Of a stretch of DNA of 64,000 bases, positions 29,506 through 39,134 are shown piece after piece. Each line of letters opens with the position of its first letter. Within the stretch, counting starts at the first letter, position 1. Source of the stretch: an uncultured Desulfurococcales archaeon (lineage in GTDB: Archaea > Thermoproteota > Thermoprotei_A > Sulfolobales > Acidilobaceae); the NCBI GenBank assembly GCA_964343115.1, contig CAYFGU010000002.1, positions 37,767 to 101,766 of the forward strand, in the 5' to 3' direction. A program made the translations under genes and the position numbers. Below the pieces are notes generated by a model, which was not told where the DNA came from, did no database searches, and worked only from the letters and a program-made list of their open reading frames with translations.

Positions 29506-31431
29506 CTATGGCGGACCCTGGGACGAGTCCTCCAGCCTACGGAGTCTCCTAACTCCCACCCTCTGCAGCGCGTAGGTTACTATTAGCACCGCTGCCACCA
29601 CGCCAGCTACCACGAATACGCCGTTGACGGTGCCTCCTCCCCTTGCAAGCGCCAGGACGGTCAGCACATATATGGCGGACGACCAGGTGAGCGGCGAGGT
29701 TGTTGGTAGGGGGTTCCCGTACCGAGGGTCTACGGCCTCTGGTAAAAGACCGTGCTGGGAGTGGGCAACTGCCCACGAGAGAAGGGCCTCTGCCCCTGTC
29801 GTGTTGCCTTCGACTGCATAGTAGTACGCAAGGAACATCGTGGTCAACGTCCAGGGCGGCTCTGGCTCGCTGCTATCGTAGAGGTAGCTGTTGTAATGGT
29901 AGGTGTCGCCCGAAAACCTCGCCAGGCCGCCGCACTCTTGGTTCCACAGTCCTCTTAAGACAGAACTAACGTCGGTAGATGCAGCGTTGGCTGGCCAGAG
30001 AGCAGGACCCATAGCGAGCGGGAGTATGGACGAGGAGCTGACGTAGGGCGCCTCGGGCTGCGGCAACAACTCCCTGCCTGTCTGTGTGAACACCACATAC
30101 GGCACGAGGGCTGAGTAGAAGGCCGAGCCGTTCCAGAAGTACTTGAAGATGCTCTGGTTGAGCTCCGACGCTGACATCTCAATAGGAGTGACGTTGTATC
30201 CCGTAATGCCGAGGGCCTCCCTGGCGTCGTATAACCCTAGCAGGTTCACTGCCTCGGTCCAGAAGTGGTAGGCGGATCTGTCCTCCCACACGCTTAGGTC
30301 CTCAGGGATGAGGTGGAGCGGCGACGACTCTATAGAGGAGACCTGGAAGGATACGGTCTCGTTCAGGGCTCCAGCCATGGCGTCAAGTAACGTGACGTTA
30401 TGGGTGAAGAGGTAGTACTCGTACACGCCTATCTCGAAAAGCCCTAGGCTGTCAAGCTCGGGGATGGCGTAGCTCTCGTCAGGGAGGCCTGTGTAAAAGT
30501 CGTACCTGGTGTACCAGGTCTTTCCATGTCTCTGCGCGTGGGCCATCCACTCCCAGTACTTGAGGGCGGAGCCATAGTGGCCAGCCGCCTGTAGCGCCAT
30601 GGCAGCGAACGCAGAGTCCCTCACCCACGTGTGAAGGTATAGTGGGCTCGGCGAGGCAGCGAAGGTGCCAAGGTAGGGGTTTTGGTCGTCCTTGATCACA
30701 AGGAGGGAGAGGAAGTACTCTGAGGCCAGCTGAGGGGGAAGACGCTTCGGCTCACGTGACCTGGCAAGCCACTGGCTAACCCTCTGGGCGTTCAAGGAGA
30801 TCAGCGAGCTGATGCTACCAGGGCACGTGGAACCCAGCGAGATCACGAGGTAGAGGCCGCCTGGGGGGCTGATGACAGCTAGCCCACCTCTGGCCCCCAC
30901 TATACTTACGTTAGAGCAGAGAGTCACCGTGACGGTGAAGTTCGACCTGCTGACCCTTAGCACGGCAACGTGTTCATTGACAACGGACCAATTGCCTGAG
31001 CCGCTGAGCGTAAAGTTGTAGGCGGCTGAGAGGCGCCCTATGACGACCACGTACGGGGTTGCCGGAGGGGTCATAAATTCAAGCGTCCCATAGGCCCCTT
31101 CACTGACGACGGTGTTGTTCAGAGTTAGAAATGCCTCCTGAGAGTACGGACCGTCAAAGGTCAAGTTGATGGGGATGATTCCATAGGGCCCAAGGTAAAA
31201 GTTGGTCATAGACGGCGGGTAGTTCCTTAGGCCGTCGAACGAGGCGTTGGCAATTGGCACTCCCGTGTACACGAGCACCGAGTCATTAACCCAGTTGCTG
31301 AGCAGCAGGAAGGAGGGGCTCCAGGCGTCTGCCCCAGCCCAGTAGGCCGTGGGGGCTGGGAGAACTGCGAGTAGGAACAGCGACCCCACAATAGCAGCAA
31401 GGGCTATCCTGTGTACCCTCAAGGCCCGCAT
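29506..31431 (-). CDS. GH15-family glucoamylase/glucodextranase-like enzyme, secreted and C-terminally membrane-anchored
   Basis: N-terminal signal/TM (IALAAIVGSLFLLAVL), GH15-like HTWVRDSAF and WEDRSAYHFW blocks, many N-x-S/T sequons, C-terminal TM helix (VFVVAGVVAAVLIV) followed by basic residues. Confidence 0.7.
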   Translation of the reverse strand: MRALRVHRIALAAIVGSLFLLAVLPAPTAYWAGADAWSPSFLLLSNWVNDSVLVYTGVPIANASFDGLRNYPPSMTNFYLGPYGIIPINLTFDGPYSQEAFLTLNNTVVSEGAYGTLEFMTPPATPYVVVIGRLSAAYNFTLSGSGNWSVVNEHVAVLRVSRSNFTVTVTLCSNVSIVGARGGLAVISPPGGLYLVISLGSTCPGSISSLISLNAQRVSQWLARSREPKRLPPQLASEYFLSLLVIKDDQNPYLGTFAASPSPLYLHTWVRDSAFAAMALQAAGHYGSALKYWEWMAHAQRHGKTWYTRYDFYTGLPDESYAIPELDSLGLFEIGVYEYYLFTHNVTLLDAMAGALNETVSFQVSSIESSPLHLIPEDLSVWEDRSAYHFWTEAVNLLGLYDAREALGITGYNVTPIEMSASELNQSIFKYFWNGSAFYSALVPYVVFTQTGRELLPQPEAPYVSSSSILPLAMGPALWPANAASTDVSSVLRGLWNQECGGLARFSGDTYHYNSYLYDSSEPEPPWTLTTMFLAYYYAVEGNTTGAEALLSWAVAHSQHGLLPEAVDPRYGNPLPTTSPLTWSSAIYVLTVLALARGGGTVNGVFVVAGVVAAVLIVTYALQRVGVRRLRRLEDSSQGPP

Positions 31432-31490
31432 CTATAAAGGGCTCTCCCCCTAAATAGCCAAGCTGCCTAGACCAGTGAAGGTGCCCTCCC

Positions 31491-31817
31491 TTGGGCGAGC
31501 TTATAGTTGACGTGATCAGGGCCTTCAGGGACTCGGAGGCAATGTCACCGGGCGACGTCGCTCAAAAGCTCGGCGTCCCCAAGTACAAGGCGCTCTCTTT
31601 AGTGTCTTGCCTAAGCGAGATGGGGCTCCTGGAGCCGCTGTACTCCAAGGGCAGCTATAAGATCTACAGGCTCAGCGAGCTTGGGAGCGCCCTTCTAGAC
31701 GAGATAGAGGCGGGCAGAAGCCTCAGGGACTTGTTAGAGGAGGCCCTTGGGAGGCACTTGCAACGCCATGAGATAAAGTCGGAGGACGTCAAGGCAGAAA
31801 GCCAGGCTTCCCCCTGA
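31491..31817 (+). CDS. Small winged-helix DNA-binding protein
   Basis: 108 aa; MSPGDVAQKLGVPKYKALSLVSCLSEMGLLEP..YRLSELG fits an HTH plus wing pattern. Confidence 0.45.
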   Translation: MGELIVDVIRAFRDSEAMSPGDVAQKLGVPKYKALSLVSCLSEMGLLEPLYSKGSYKIYRLSELGSALLDEIEAGRSLRDLLEEALGRHLQRHEIKSEDVKAESQASP

Positions 31818-32151
31818 GCGTTATTATTGGTATAGATGTCCACCCAGGCCTGGTCCTGTCGCCAACCTCCACCTTCTCGCCCGACTCGTCCACCTTGATT
31901 AGGACGTACTTGGCCCGCTCGGGCTCCCCGGACTGCCTGGTCCTGTAGAGGTAGACGATAGGAACCCCGTAGAGCTTGAAATAGTCCCTGTATGTGGTCT
32001 GGACAAAGTAGATCTCCTGGTCCCCCTCAAGGTATCTATATATCGGCAGCAGGACGGCGAAGGAAAGCATGGCGACTGCGAGCCTCGCTAGGTCTGCAAG
32101 CGAGGACACCTCGACTACCTGGGCCTTCTGCGGCTCCTCCAACGGGTGCAC
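31789..32151 (-). CDS. Hypothetical protein with N-terminal hydrophobic helix
   Basis: 120-aa ORF (LARLAVAMLSFAVLLPIY). No family recognised. Converges on and overlaps the previous gene by 29 nt. Confidence 0.3.
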   Translation of the reverse strand: MHPLEEPQKAQVVEVSSLADLARLAVAMLSFAVLLPIYRYLEGDQEIYFVQTTYRDYFKLYGVPIVYLYRTRQSGEPERAKYVLIKVDESGEKVEVGDRTRPGWTSIPIITLRGKPGFLP

Positions 32152-32181
32152 CTAGAAGGGCATGGAGCATAACATTAAGAA

Positions 32182-32189
32182 CTTTTAAG
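32182..32189 (+). promoter_or_regulatory. TATA-like box for tRNA-Leu
   Basis: CTTTTAAG lies about 25-30 nt upstream of the tRNA 5' end at 32214. Confidence 0.4.
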
Positions 32190-32213
32190 TCGCATGCACG
32201 ACGCGACGGCGGT

Positions 32214-32298
32214 GCGGGGGTGCCCGAGCTCGGCCAAAGGGGGCGGGCTTAGAACCCGCTGGCGAAGGCCTGCGTGGGTTCGAATCCCACCCCCCGCA
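32214..32298 (+). tRNA. tRNA-Leu (anticodon UAG), class II with long variable arm
   Basis: Hand-folded: acceptor GCGGGGG/CCCCCGC, anticodon arm GCGGG-CTTAGAA-CCCGC, variable arm TGGCGAAGGCCTGC, T arm GTGGG-TTCGAAT-CCCAC, discriminator A. Confidence 0.85.
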
Positions 32299-32322
32299 CC
32301 TCAGAATCCGCCGTCCCTAGGG

Positions 32323-32622
32323 CTAGGCTGTCGTCTTCTGGGACAGCGAGCGCGCCCTAGCTAAGGCCGCGGACCAAAGCCTATCACTGACCCTTACACC
32401 CTGCTTCTCGGCAGCCTCCTTCACCTTTGCGAGGAACTCCTCGTAGGAGAGGGACTCCCTGGTAGTTCCCAGCTGAACCTCGAATACCTTCCTCGACGAC
32501 GGCTCGACGACCCTTATTACGTCTGAGGGGGAGCCCCTTGAGTGGACCCTGTAGACGTCAAGCTGCCTAAGGCCAAGCAGCTCGAGCAGAGCCTTGTACA
32601 CGGTATAGGTTCCCTTGGCCAC
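32323..32622 (-). CDS. Hypothetical small protein (99 aa)
   Basis: ATG-initiated ORF with no recognised motif. Confidence 0.3.
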   Translation of the reverse strand: MAKGTYTVYKALLELLGLRQLDVYRVHSRGSPSDVIRVVEPSSRKVFEVQLGTTRESLSYEEFLAKVKEAAEKQGVRVSDRLWSAALARARSLSQKTTA

Positions 32623-32682
32623 TTTCGCTCCTCCACGGAATTCCGCGCGGGCGTCCTCCCCCCTATAAACGCTCTTCAGGCT

Positions 32683-32919
32683 GTGGTGGCGAGGGTGGGG
32701 GAGAGAGTCGGCGTGAGCCTTGAGTTCATCGCCCTGGTGGTGGCCTCCCTGGGAAAGAATTACGTAACGCCGAGGGACCTGAGCTGGGTCCTGGGGATAT
32801 CGACGAGGAGCGCGGGAAGAGTGCTCAGGGCCCTCGAGATGAAGGGCTACGTGGTGAGGTACTCGAACAGGGCCTACAGGGTTATTGCTAGGGCCCCTGC
32901 GATGGAGCCGCCCTCCTGA
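32683..32919 (+). CDS. Small winged-helix DNA-binding protein
   Basis: C-terminal part of ORF 32542..32919: VTPRDLSWVLGISTRSAGRVLRALEMKGYVVRY fits an HTH plus wing pattern. GTG codons at 32683, 32686 and 32695 follow a CTATAAAC box (32663-32670). The exact start is uncertain. Confidence 0.4.
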   Translation: MVARVGERVGVSLEFIALVVASLGKNYVTPRDLSWVLGISTRSAGRVLRALEMKGYVVRYSNRAYRVIARAPAMEPPS

Positions 32920-33118
32920 ACGTCATCCTCTTCCTCTGGTAGTCGGGCTCCCTCAGCACCCTACCCTCCCTCACGAGGTCACCTAGGGCCCTCCTAAGCG
33001 GTCTCATGTCCCCCGACCACGAGAGCGCGTTTGCTATTTCGCTGAACGTGAGACCCCTCTCCTCCCTGAGGACGCCAAGGACCCTATCCTTAAGGTCCTC
33101 TTCGTGACCAGCGGCCAA
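32888..33118 (-). CDS. Small winged-helix DNA-binding protein
   Basis: 76 aa; RVLGVLREERGLTFSEIANAL...LRRALGDLVREGRVLRE fits a wHTH pattern. Confidence 0.45.
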   Translation of the reverse strand: MAAGHEEDLKDRVLGVLREERGLTFSEIANALSWSGDMRPLRRALGDLVREGRVLREPDYQRKRMTFRRAAPSQGP

Positions 33119-33168
33119 GGTGACCCTAAGAAAACCTTCGCCGGGGGAGCTTTAGGGTTTTCAGCTCC

Positions 33169-34530
33169 TCACCGCTTCAGGTTATCGTTTACCTCCTTCA
33201 GTACGCCCGCTATTATGTCTAGGGCCTTGAAGAGGTGCTGCTCCTCAATTACTAGTGGAGGCGCTATCCTTATAGTTGAAAGGCCCGATCCTATTACAAC
33301 AACGCCGCGCTTGAACGACTTCTCTATAACCTCGGCCAGCTCCCTTGAGGCCGGCTCCTTCGTCCTCCTGTTCCTCACTAGCTCAACTCCGATCATGAGG
33401 CCCTTCCCCCTCACGTCGCCTATTATCTCGTACTTCTCCTTGAGCTCGTTGAAGAACTTCAGCGTCTCCTCGCCAAGTCTCGAGGCCCTGTCTAGGAGAC
33501 TCTCCTCCTTTATCACGTCTATGACGGCGCTCATGGCGGCCACAGCTATGGGGTTGCCCCCGAACGTGTTCGCATGGCTTCCCTTTGTTAGGGTGCCTGC
33601 TATGTCGCCCCTGACCACGACAGCTCCAAGCGGAAGTCCGCCGCCTATCGCCTTGGCGAGGGCCATTATGTCAGGCTTTACGTTCCAGTGCTCTATGGCG
33701 AACCACCTCCCGGTCCTGCCCATTCCGGCCTGGACCTCGTCGTCGATTAGCAGGATGCCGTTTTTGTCGCAGATCCTCCTGAGCCCAGGAAGGAAGTTGT
33801 CGGGTGGAACTACGTAACCTCCCTCGCCCTGTATGGGCTCGACAACTATCGCGGCTACCTCAGAGGGGTCAACAAGCTTTGTGAAGACCCAGTCCTCGAT
33901 GTAGCCGAGCACAGCGTCGCCGCACTCCAGCGGGTCATCAGTCCTGAACGGGCAGCGGTATGTGTAGGGGTACGGCACGTGAATCACGCCGGGCACCATG
34001 GGTGAGAAGCCCTTCCTGTAGTGCGCCTTGCTCGCTGTCAGGGACAGGGAGCCGAAGGTCCTACCGTGGAAGGCTCCCAGGAAGGCTATGAAGTACTGCC
34101 TCGAGCCGCCGAAGAAGTACCTGGCGAACTTAAGCGAGCCCTCAATGCTCTCGGTGCCGCTGTTGGTGAAGAAGACCCTGGCGTCGCTGACAGGCGATAT
34201 GCCTATCAGCTTCTCGGCGGCCGTTACCGCCTCCTCATAATAGAAGTCGGTAAGCGAATAGTGCTGGAGCCTTTCGGCCTGACGCCTTATGGCCTCAACT
34301 ACCTTGGGGTGGCTGTGGCCCACGTTCATGACTGCTATGCCCGCGTTGAGGTCGATGTACTTGTTGCCGTCAACGTCCTCAACTATCGCGCCGTGCGCCT
34401 CCTTAACAACTAGGGGGATCCACCTCACATACGACTGGACGAGGGCCCTAGAGTCCCTTGATATTATGCTTCTGGCCATGGGCCCAGGTGGCTCGACCCT
34501 TATCAGAGGGACCTCCTCCACTAGGGGCAC
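33169..34530 (-). CDS. Class III PLP aminotransferase (4-aminobutyrate/ornithine/acetylornithine type)
   Basis: TNSGTESIE, LLIDDEVQAGMGRTGRWFA and PDIMALAKAIGGGLPLGA (PLP-Lys), 453 aa. Confidence 0.85.
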   Translation of the reverse strand: MPLVEEVPLIRVEPPGPMARSIISRDSRALVQSYVRWIPLVVKEAHGAIVEDVDGNKYIDLNAGIAVMNVGHSHPKVVEAIRRQAERLQHYSLTDFYYEEAVTAAEKLIGISPVSDARVFFTNSGTESIEGSLKFARYFFGGSRQYFIAFLGAFHGRTFGSLSLTASKAHYRKGFSPMVPGVIHVPYPYTYRCPFRTDDPLECGDAVLGYIEDWVFTKLVDPSEVAAIVVEPIQGEGGYVVPPDNFLPGLRRICDKNGILLIDDEVQAGMGRTGRWFAIEHWNVKPDIMALAKAIGGGLPLGAVVVRGDIAGTLTKGSHANTFGGNPIAVAAMSAVIDVIKEESLLDRASRLGEETLKFFNELKEKYEIIGDVRGKGLMIGVELVRNRRTKEPASRELAEVIEKSFKRGVVVIGSGLSTIRIAPPLVIEEQHLFKALDIIAGVLKEVNDNLKR

Positions 34531-34580
34531 CTGACTTAAAGGGGTCCTCCTGCAATATTTATTCTAAAGGAGTCAGAAGG

Positions 34581-34796
34581 TTGGCAAGGTACGAATTTGA
34601 GGTCATCGAGGAATATTTCCTAAACGGTGAACACAGGTTTAGGTTAAAAGTTAGGGGGACAAACCTCATAGTTAACGTGTCCGCTGAAACCCTACAGGAG
34701 GCCGCTTCCAAGGCGGCAGGCCTGCTTGACAGGACTAAGGCCTTCAGGCTCCTTCAGGAAGGGGGTAACGAGCCTAAGGGTAAGGGCCCTTCTTAG
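34581..34796 (+). CDS. Possible small hypothetical protein (71 aa, TTG start)
   Basis: The 3' part of ORF 34458..34796 lies outside the aminotransferase gene (ARYEFEVIEEYFLNGEHRFRLKVRG...). No family recognised. It could be non-coding. Confidence 0.2.
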   Translation: MARYEFEVIEEYFLNGEHRFRLKVRGTNLIVNVSAETLQEAASKAAGLLDRTKAFRLLQEGGNEPKGKGPS

Positions 34797-36036
34797 ACTT
34801 GATCTCCGCGTTGGCCTCCACGCTTCTGTGGGGCCAAATCAAGGAGTTCTCTATTACGGCGTTATCTCCAACTATCACGTCGTTCCCTATGACGCTGTTT
34901 ACGACCTTTACGTTGTCTCCAACGTACACGTGCCTCCCTATGACGCTGTTCTCGACAAGCGAGTCCTTCCCTATGATGCTTCGGTCCATTACAATTGACC
35001 TCCTCATCGTAGAGCCTCTTGAGGTTATCACGTAGTTGTCTACTATGGAGTTCTCGATAGTAGAGCCGTCCTCTATATACACGTGCCTCCCTATCAGCGC
35101 GGGCCCTGTTATGCTCACCTTCCTGAGGGCGCACCTCTCAATCAAGTCGATGTGGTCCTTTTTAGACCTAGGGCTGAAGCCCTGCATGTATATGTTGTCA
35201 TGGTACACGGTGGCGACCCCTAGCCTCTCGGGCTGGAGCGTAGAGAGCATGTAGAACGAGGCCTCGATATAGTTCTCGAGGGTGCCTATGTCGAACCAGT
35301 AGCTGTCGGTGATGAACCCGTACACCTTATAGCCCTTAGAGATAACGTAAGGTATGAGGTCCCTTCCAAAGTCGCCCCTCCCCTCCTTGATAAGGTTCCT
35401 GAAGTCCTCCGACCTCATCAGCTTGACCATGTCCTCGGAGAGTAGGTAGACACCCGTGTTCGCTAGGTTGGACGGGGCCTTCTCGGGGTCAGCTGGCTTC
35501 TCGACGAAGTACTCTATGCTCTCGTCATCTCTCAGCTTAGCGAGGCCAAGCTGTCTCATGGCCTCCTTGTTGTGGATGGGCTTAAGGACTATAGTCATGA
35601 AGGCCCCATTGCTCTCGTGGAACTTCACGAGCTTACCGAGGTCCAGGTTTATTATAGTGTCCCCCTGGACTATCAGGAGCAGGTCTGTTATGTCATAGTA
35701 CTCTGCAAGCACCGCTATAGAGTGCGCGTTACCTATGGTGTTCACGTTGGGCTGATACCTTAGCTTCAGGGAATACCTCTTGCCCTCAGGAGATCTATAG
35801 TAGAACCTCTCCCCAAGGTGATCGTAAACGTCCCGGTAGTTGTAGAAGCCGCTGACGCCGAGGAACACCTCGCTGATTCCCAGGTGCGCTAGCTCATCCA
35901 TTATGAAGTCTATGACGAACCTGTTTAGGAACCTCACCATTGGCTTGGACGTGTCAACCGTTAGGGGGTATAGCCTTGTTCCCTGCCCGCCGATAGGTAT
36001 AGCGGCCTTCTTGACCTCTGTTATGAGCCCCACCAC
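34774..36036 (-). CDS. Sugar-1-phosphate nucleotidyltransferase (NDP-glucose pyrophosphorylase-like) with C-terminal left-handed beta-helix
   Basis: AIPIGGQGTRLYPLT (GxGTRL motif) and repeated hexapeptide [LIV]G-x4 units in the last 130 aa. Lies in the glycogen-gene neighbourhood. Confidence 0.75.
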   Translation of the reverse strand: MVGLITEVKKAAIPIGGQGTRLYPLTVDTSKPMVRFLNRFVIDFIMDELAHLGISEVFLGVSGFYNYRDVYDHLGERFYYRSPEGKRYSLKLRYQPNVNTIGNAHSIAVLAEYYDITDLLLIVQGDTIINLDLGKLVKFHESNGAFMTIVLKPIHNKEAMRQLGLAKLRDDESIEYFVEKPADPEKAPSNLANTGVYLLSEDMVKLMRSEDFRNLIKEGRGDFGRDLIPYVISKGYKVYGFITDSYWFDIGTLENYIEASFYMLSTLQPERLGVATVYHDNIYMQGFSPRSKKDHIDLIERCALRKVSITGPALIGRHVYIEDGSTIENSIVDNYVITSRGSTMRRSIVMDRSIIGKDSLVENSVIGRHVYVGDNVKVVNSVIGNDVIVGDNAVIENSLIWPHRSVEANAEIKSKKGPYP

Positions 36037-36090
36037 GTTCCTTCAACATATTCATAAGTTATATTGTTTTAGCAGGACCTCTTTCATTAC

Positions 36091-37500
36091 CTATCGGGCT
36101 TCGTTACACACGGTGGTCAGCTCCAGGGCCTTCCCCAGGGCAACCCCAAAGACGTCAGTCGTCCAAGAGCTCAACTGCCCCAATAGGTCCTCAGACCTAG
36201 CCATGCCTTCAAGGGCCTTAGCCAACCCTCCCAGGCTACAGATTTCCACGCCCTGACCGAGGTGGAAGCACAGGTCGCTAGGTAGCGTGACCCTCGTGAG
36301 GGCGCAGGGGTCCCGCTCTAGCGACCTCTTTATGTCGAGCCCTAACGTGTAGAGGGCGTATGAGTATGTGAGGAAGGCCTCGTAGGGGCTGCCGAGGTGG
36401 CTGAAGTAAGAGTGGACGGCCTCCTCAGGCCCCCGCCTGGTGGCCATGTAGTAGAAGTGGTCGCTTATAGAGAGCTCCCTCCACTCCTCCAGAACATCAC
36501 CACCCACCGCGCGGGCGAAGAAGTAATACCTCCTCAGAACGTCGAAGGCCTGCCTCTGCATCTGATTCCCGAGCCACGCGCCTAGATCGCGGGAGTCCGC
36601 CCAGCTTATGGTCGAGTACGGCGGCACGTCGTATGTTCCCCTGGGTTCAAGGGAGGCTGCCATGGAGCCTGTGAGGAACTCTACCCCCCTCCTGTTGAGC
36701 TCACGGGGGAGCCACCTGATGAACTCGTATATGCCCGACTCGGGCCAGTGGTGCTCCCCAAAGGTCTCGAAGTCCATAGCAACCACAACAAGGTCCCCCG
36801 GGGTAGCTCTGACCCACTCAGCGTACTTGTCGGCTGTGAGGGGGTACTGGTCCCATGACCTGTCGCTAAACCTGAAGCCTATGTCGTCACTTAGCCTGTA
36901 GTTCCTGAGCAGGAGCTTGACTCCGCAGAGCGGGTTTTGATAGACGTAGTTCGGCGATCTCCAGCCTAGGATCCAGTCGACCCCCTCTGTGAAGACGGCG
37001 GTGAACCCCTGCCTATACAGCGAGCAGCCTATGTCATTGTTGTATATGAACTCCGTGTTCTCGGCGACCCTTGGCCTGAACCCTAACAGCTCTTCAACCA
37101 GGTCGGCCTGCGCCTTCACCTGCTCAAGGAATTCCCTCTCGTCGATAAGCGAGGCAATGGAGTGGTAATAGGTCTGAGCGGCCGGCTCCATGACCTCCCT
37201 TGAGACGGCGTCTGCCATGAGCCTAACTACGTCAGGGTAGCTAGCCTTAAGCGACCGGAGCAGGGCCCCCGCAATGCTGGCGGTGAACCTGAACCCTGGA
37301 ACCTCCCTGGCGGCATCTATGAGTATGGCCGTCGCCCTCCTATAGGTTCTCTCGACGACTCTTGCGAGTATCCTTGCGTCGGCGTCAAGGTCTATCAGCT
37401 CATCGAACTCCGTGGGTAGATTCGGCGGTGTGAAGGAGGAGAGCCTCTTCAGCCTAATGGGCTGATGCAGCTCAAAGAAGAGGACAACCCTGTCTGTCAT
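36091..37500 (-). CDS. GH57-family glycoside hydrolase (AmyC-like)
   Basis: VLFFELHQPIRL and VVAMDFETFGEHHW are GH57 conserved regions. ATGA junction with the glgA stop (37497-37500). Confidence 0.75.
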   Translation of the reverse strand: MTDRVVLFFELHQPIRLKRLSSFTPPNLPTEFDELIDLDADARILARVVERTYRRATAILIDAAREVPGFRFTASIAGALLRSLKASYPDVVRLMADAVSREVMEPAAQTYYHSIASLIDEREFLEQVKAQADLVEELLGFRPRVAENTEFIYNNDIGCSLYRQGFTAVFTEGVDWILGWRSPNYVYQNPLCGVKLLLRNYRLSDDIGFRFSDRSWDQYPLTADKYAEWVRATPGDLVVVAMDFETFGEHHWPESGIYEFIRWLPRELNRRGVEFLTGSMAASLEPRGTYDVPPYSTISWADSRDLGAWLGNQMQRQAFDVLRRYYFFARAVGGDVLEEWRELSISDHFYYMATRRGPEEAVHSYFSHLGSPYEAFLTYSYALYTLGLDIKRSLERDPCALTRVTLPSDLCFHLGQGVEICSLGGLAKALEGMARSEDLLGQLSSWTTDVFGVALGKALELTTVCNEAR

Positions 37501-39077
37501 GCCGTGATCGCCCTGAAGTAAGCCATGTTCCTGGCCTTCTCATAGCAGGCCAGCAACGCGTCCCCAAGCGAGCTCCTCCTGAAGCGCTTGTTAACGTCAT
37601 TCACGGCGAAGGACCTTACGTCGTCAGGGAACGTCGGGTTCTTCAGGGCCAGCTGCCTTAACTCCTGCACGGGCACCCTATCAGGGTCCCTGTGCCAGAA
37701 GAGGTACGCCAGGGACTCCATGGCGAGACCCAAGGCCTGGGGGTCCTCTGGGGGCACCAGGAGCCCGTCCCCCTCGCCCGACCGCATGTCTACGACTATC
37801 TCCTTGAGACCGCCAACGCTCGACGCTATCACGGGCGTCCCGAGCGCAAGCGACTCGACGGCAACGAGGCCGAAGGGCTCCCACCTGGATGGCACAAGCG
37901 TGGCTGCAGCCAGCCTCACAGCGGCCCTGTAGGGCTCGTCCGGGATCCTGTTGGTGGTTATAACGACCCTGCCCTTACGCTCCTCGGCCAGCCTCCTCAG
38001 GTACTGCTCATAGCCGTAGTCACCTACCGGTATCCCGAGGACCACCAGCGAGGCGCTGGGGGCGTAGTCGAGGGCCCTTATAGCTATGTCGATGCCCTTC
38101 TGCGAGGTGAGCCTGCCTGGGAGCATGAAGATAGCCCTGTCGCGTGAGTCCAGGGGGCCAGTAACGGACCCTGGCACAGCGTACTTCTCAACGATCTCGT
38201 AAAGCACCCCCTGGTCCAGGGATCCATAGTTAGAGGCTATCCACCTCTCGACAGCCTCCTTGTTCCAGTCAGTAGCGTTATACACGACGCATGACTTGCC
38301 CTCGATCCAGCCGCCGTACTTCTTCTCAAGCTCCTCCCTGAGGTACGAGAGGCTCACGGTGGCAACTACGTCGGCCGTGAGGACGCCGAAGGCCTCCACG
38401 TTCCCACCTACTGAGTCCCACAGGGACCTGTTGTCAACAGGCTCGTGCCTCACGACCCTCCAGACGAGGTGGTGCTCCTCGTCGAGCCCCGCCCAGTCGG
38501 GGGAGGCATAATGCCATGGGAAGCTGGGGGAGCCGCTTAGGTTTACGCTGAACACCAGAGGGATTGAGTACCCCCTCCTCTCAAGCTCGTCCCTTAGGGC
38601 GACGCCTGGCAGCACGCTGTGCCAGTCGTGGACGTGTATGAGGTCGGGCTGGACCTCATGCCAGGAGAAGGCCCTCACAGCCCTCGTCAGGAGGGCTGAC
38701 TTCTCCTCAGCGTAAGAGTAGGGGTGCCAGGCGTCAAAGACTACGCCAGTTGCGTAGTCTAGCCCCTTAAACATTATCACCCTGAAGTTGTTTACCTTGG
38801 CCTCCTCGGCGCCAAGGCAGTAGCTGTACTGCCTGCCATCCAGGCCACGCCTGTCGCCACAGATCGCGAAGTCGAGGGGTCTCAGGTAGTACCTTGACCT
38901 AACGCCTAGGTCGAGGTGCCTTCCATGGGATGGCATCAGCACTGTGACCTCAAGGCCCCTGCTCGATAGCGCCTCCGCGTGCTGCCTTACCGCCTCACCC
39001 AGTCCGCCGACCTTGACCAGGGGGGACAGCTCGAACGATATTATCCAGACCCTCTTGACCGACCTTGGAGCGACCAG
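37497..39077 (-). CDS. glgA: Glycogen (starch) synthase, GT5/GT-B
   Basis: C-terminal PSRWEPFGLVAVESLALGTPVIASSVGGLKEIV. The hallmark N-terminus VKRVWIISFELSPLVKVGGLGEAV is encoded upstream of the first canonical start (GTG, complement of 38940-38942). I placed the 5' end provisionally at the only CTG in that stretch (complement of 39075-39077); see findings. Confidence 0.75.
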   Translation of the reverse strand: MVAPRSVKRVWIISFELSPLVKVGGLGEAVRQHAEALSSRGLEVTVLMPSHGRHLDLGVRSRYYLRPLDFAICGDRRGLDGRQYSYCLGAEEAKVNNFRVIMFKGLDYATGVVFDAWHPYSYAEEKSALLTRAVRAFSWHEVQPDLIHVHDWHSVLPGVALRDELERRGYSIPLVFSVNLSGSPSFPWHYASPDWAGLDEEHHLVWRVVRHEPVDNRSLWDSVGGNVEAFGVLTADVVATVSLSYLREELEKKYGGWIEGKSCVVYNATDWNKEAVERWIASNYGSLDQGVLYEIVEKYAVPGSVTGPLDSRDRAIFMLPGRLTSQKGIDIAIRALDYAPSASLVVLGIPVGDYGYEQYLRRLAEERKGRVVITTNRIPDEPYRAAVRLAAATLVPSRWEPFGLVAVESLALGTPVIASSVGGLKEIVVDMRSGEGDGLLVPPEDPQALGLAMESLAYLFWHRDPDRVPVQELRQLALKNPTFPDDVRSFAVNDVNKRFRRSSLGDALLACYEKARNMAYFRAITA

Positions 39078-39134
39078 CCTGGCTGGCGAGCCCTTGCACC
39101 GGGCTCTGAGGTAGTGGCCGAGGAATCTAAGCCA

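Noticed and set aside
33104-33817. 237-aa plus-strand ORF
   Set aside because: It lies entirely antisense to the well-supported class III aminotransferase, and its S/T/P-rich composition has no motif.
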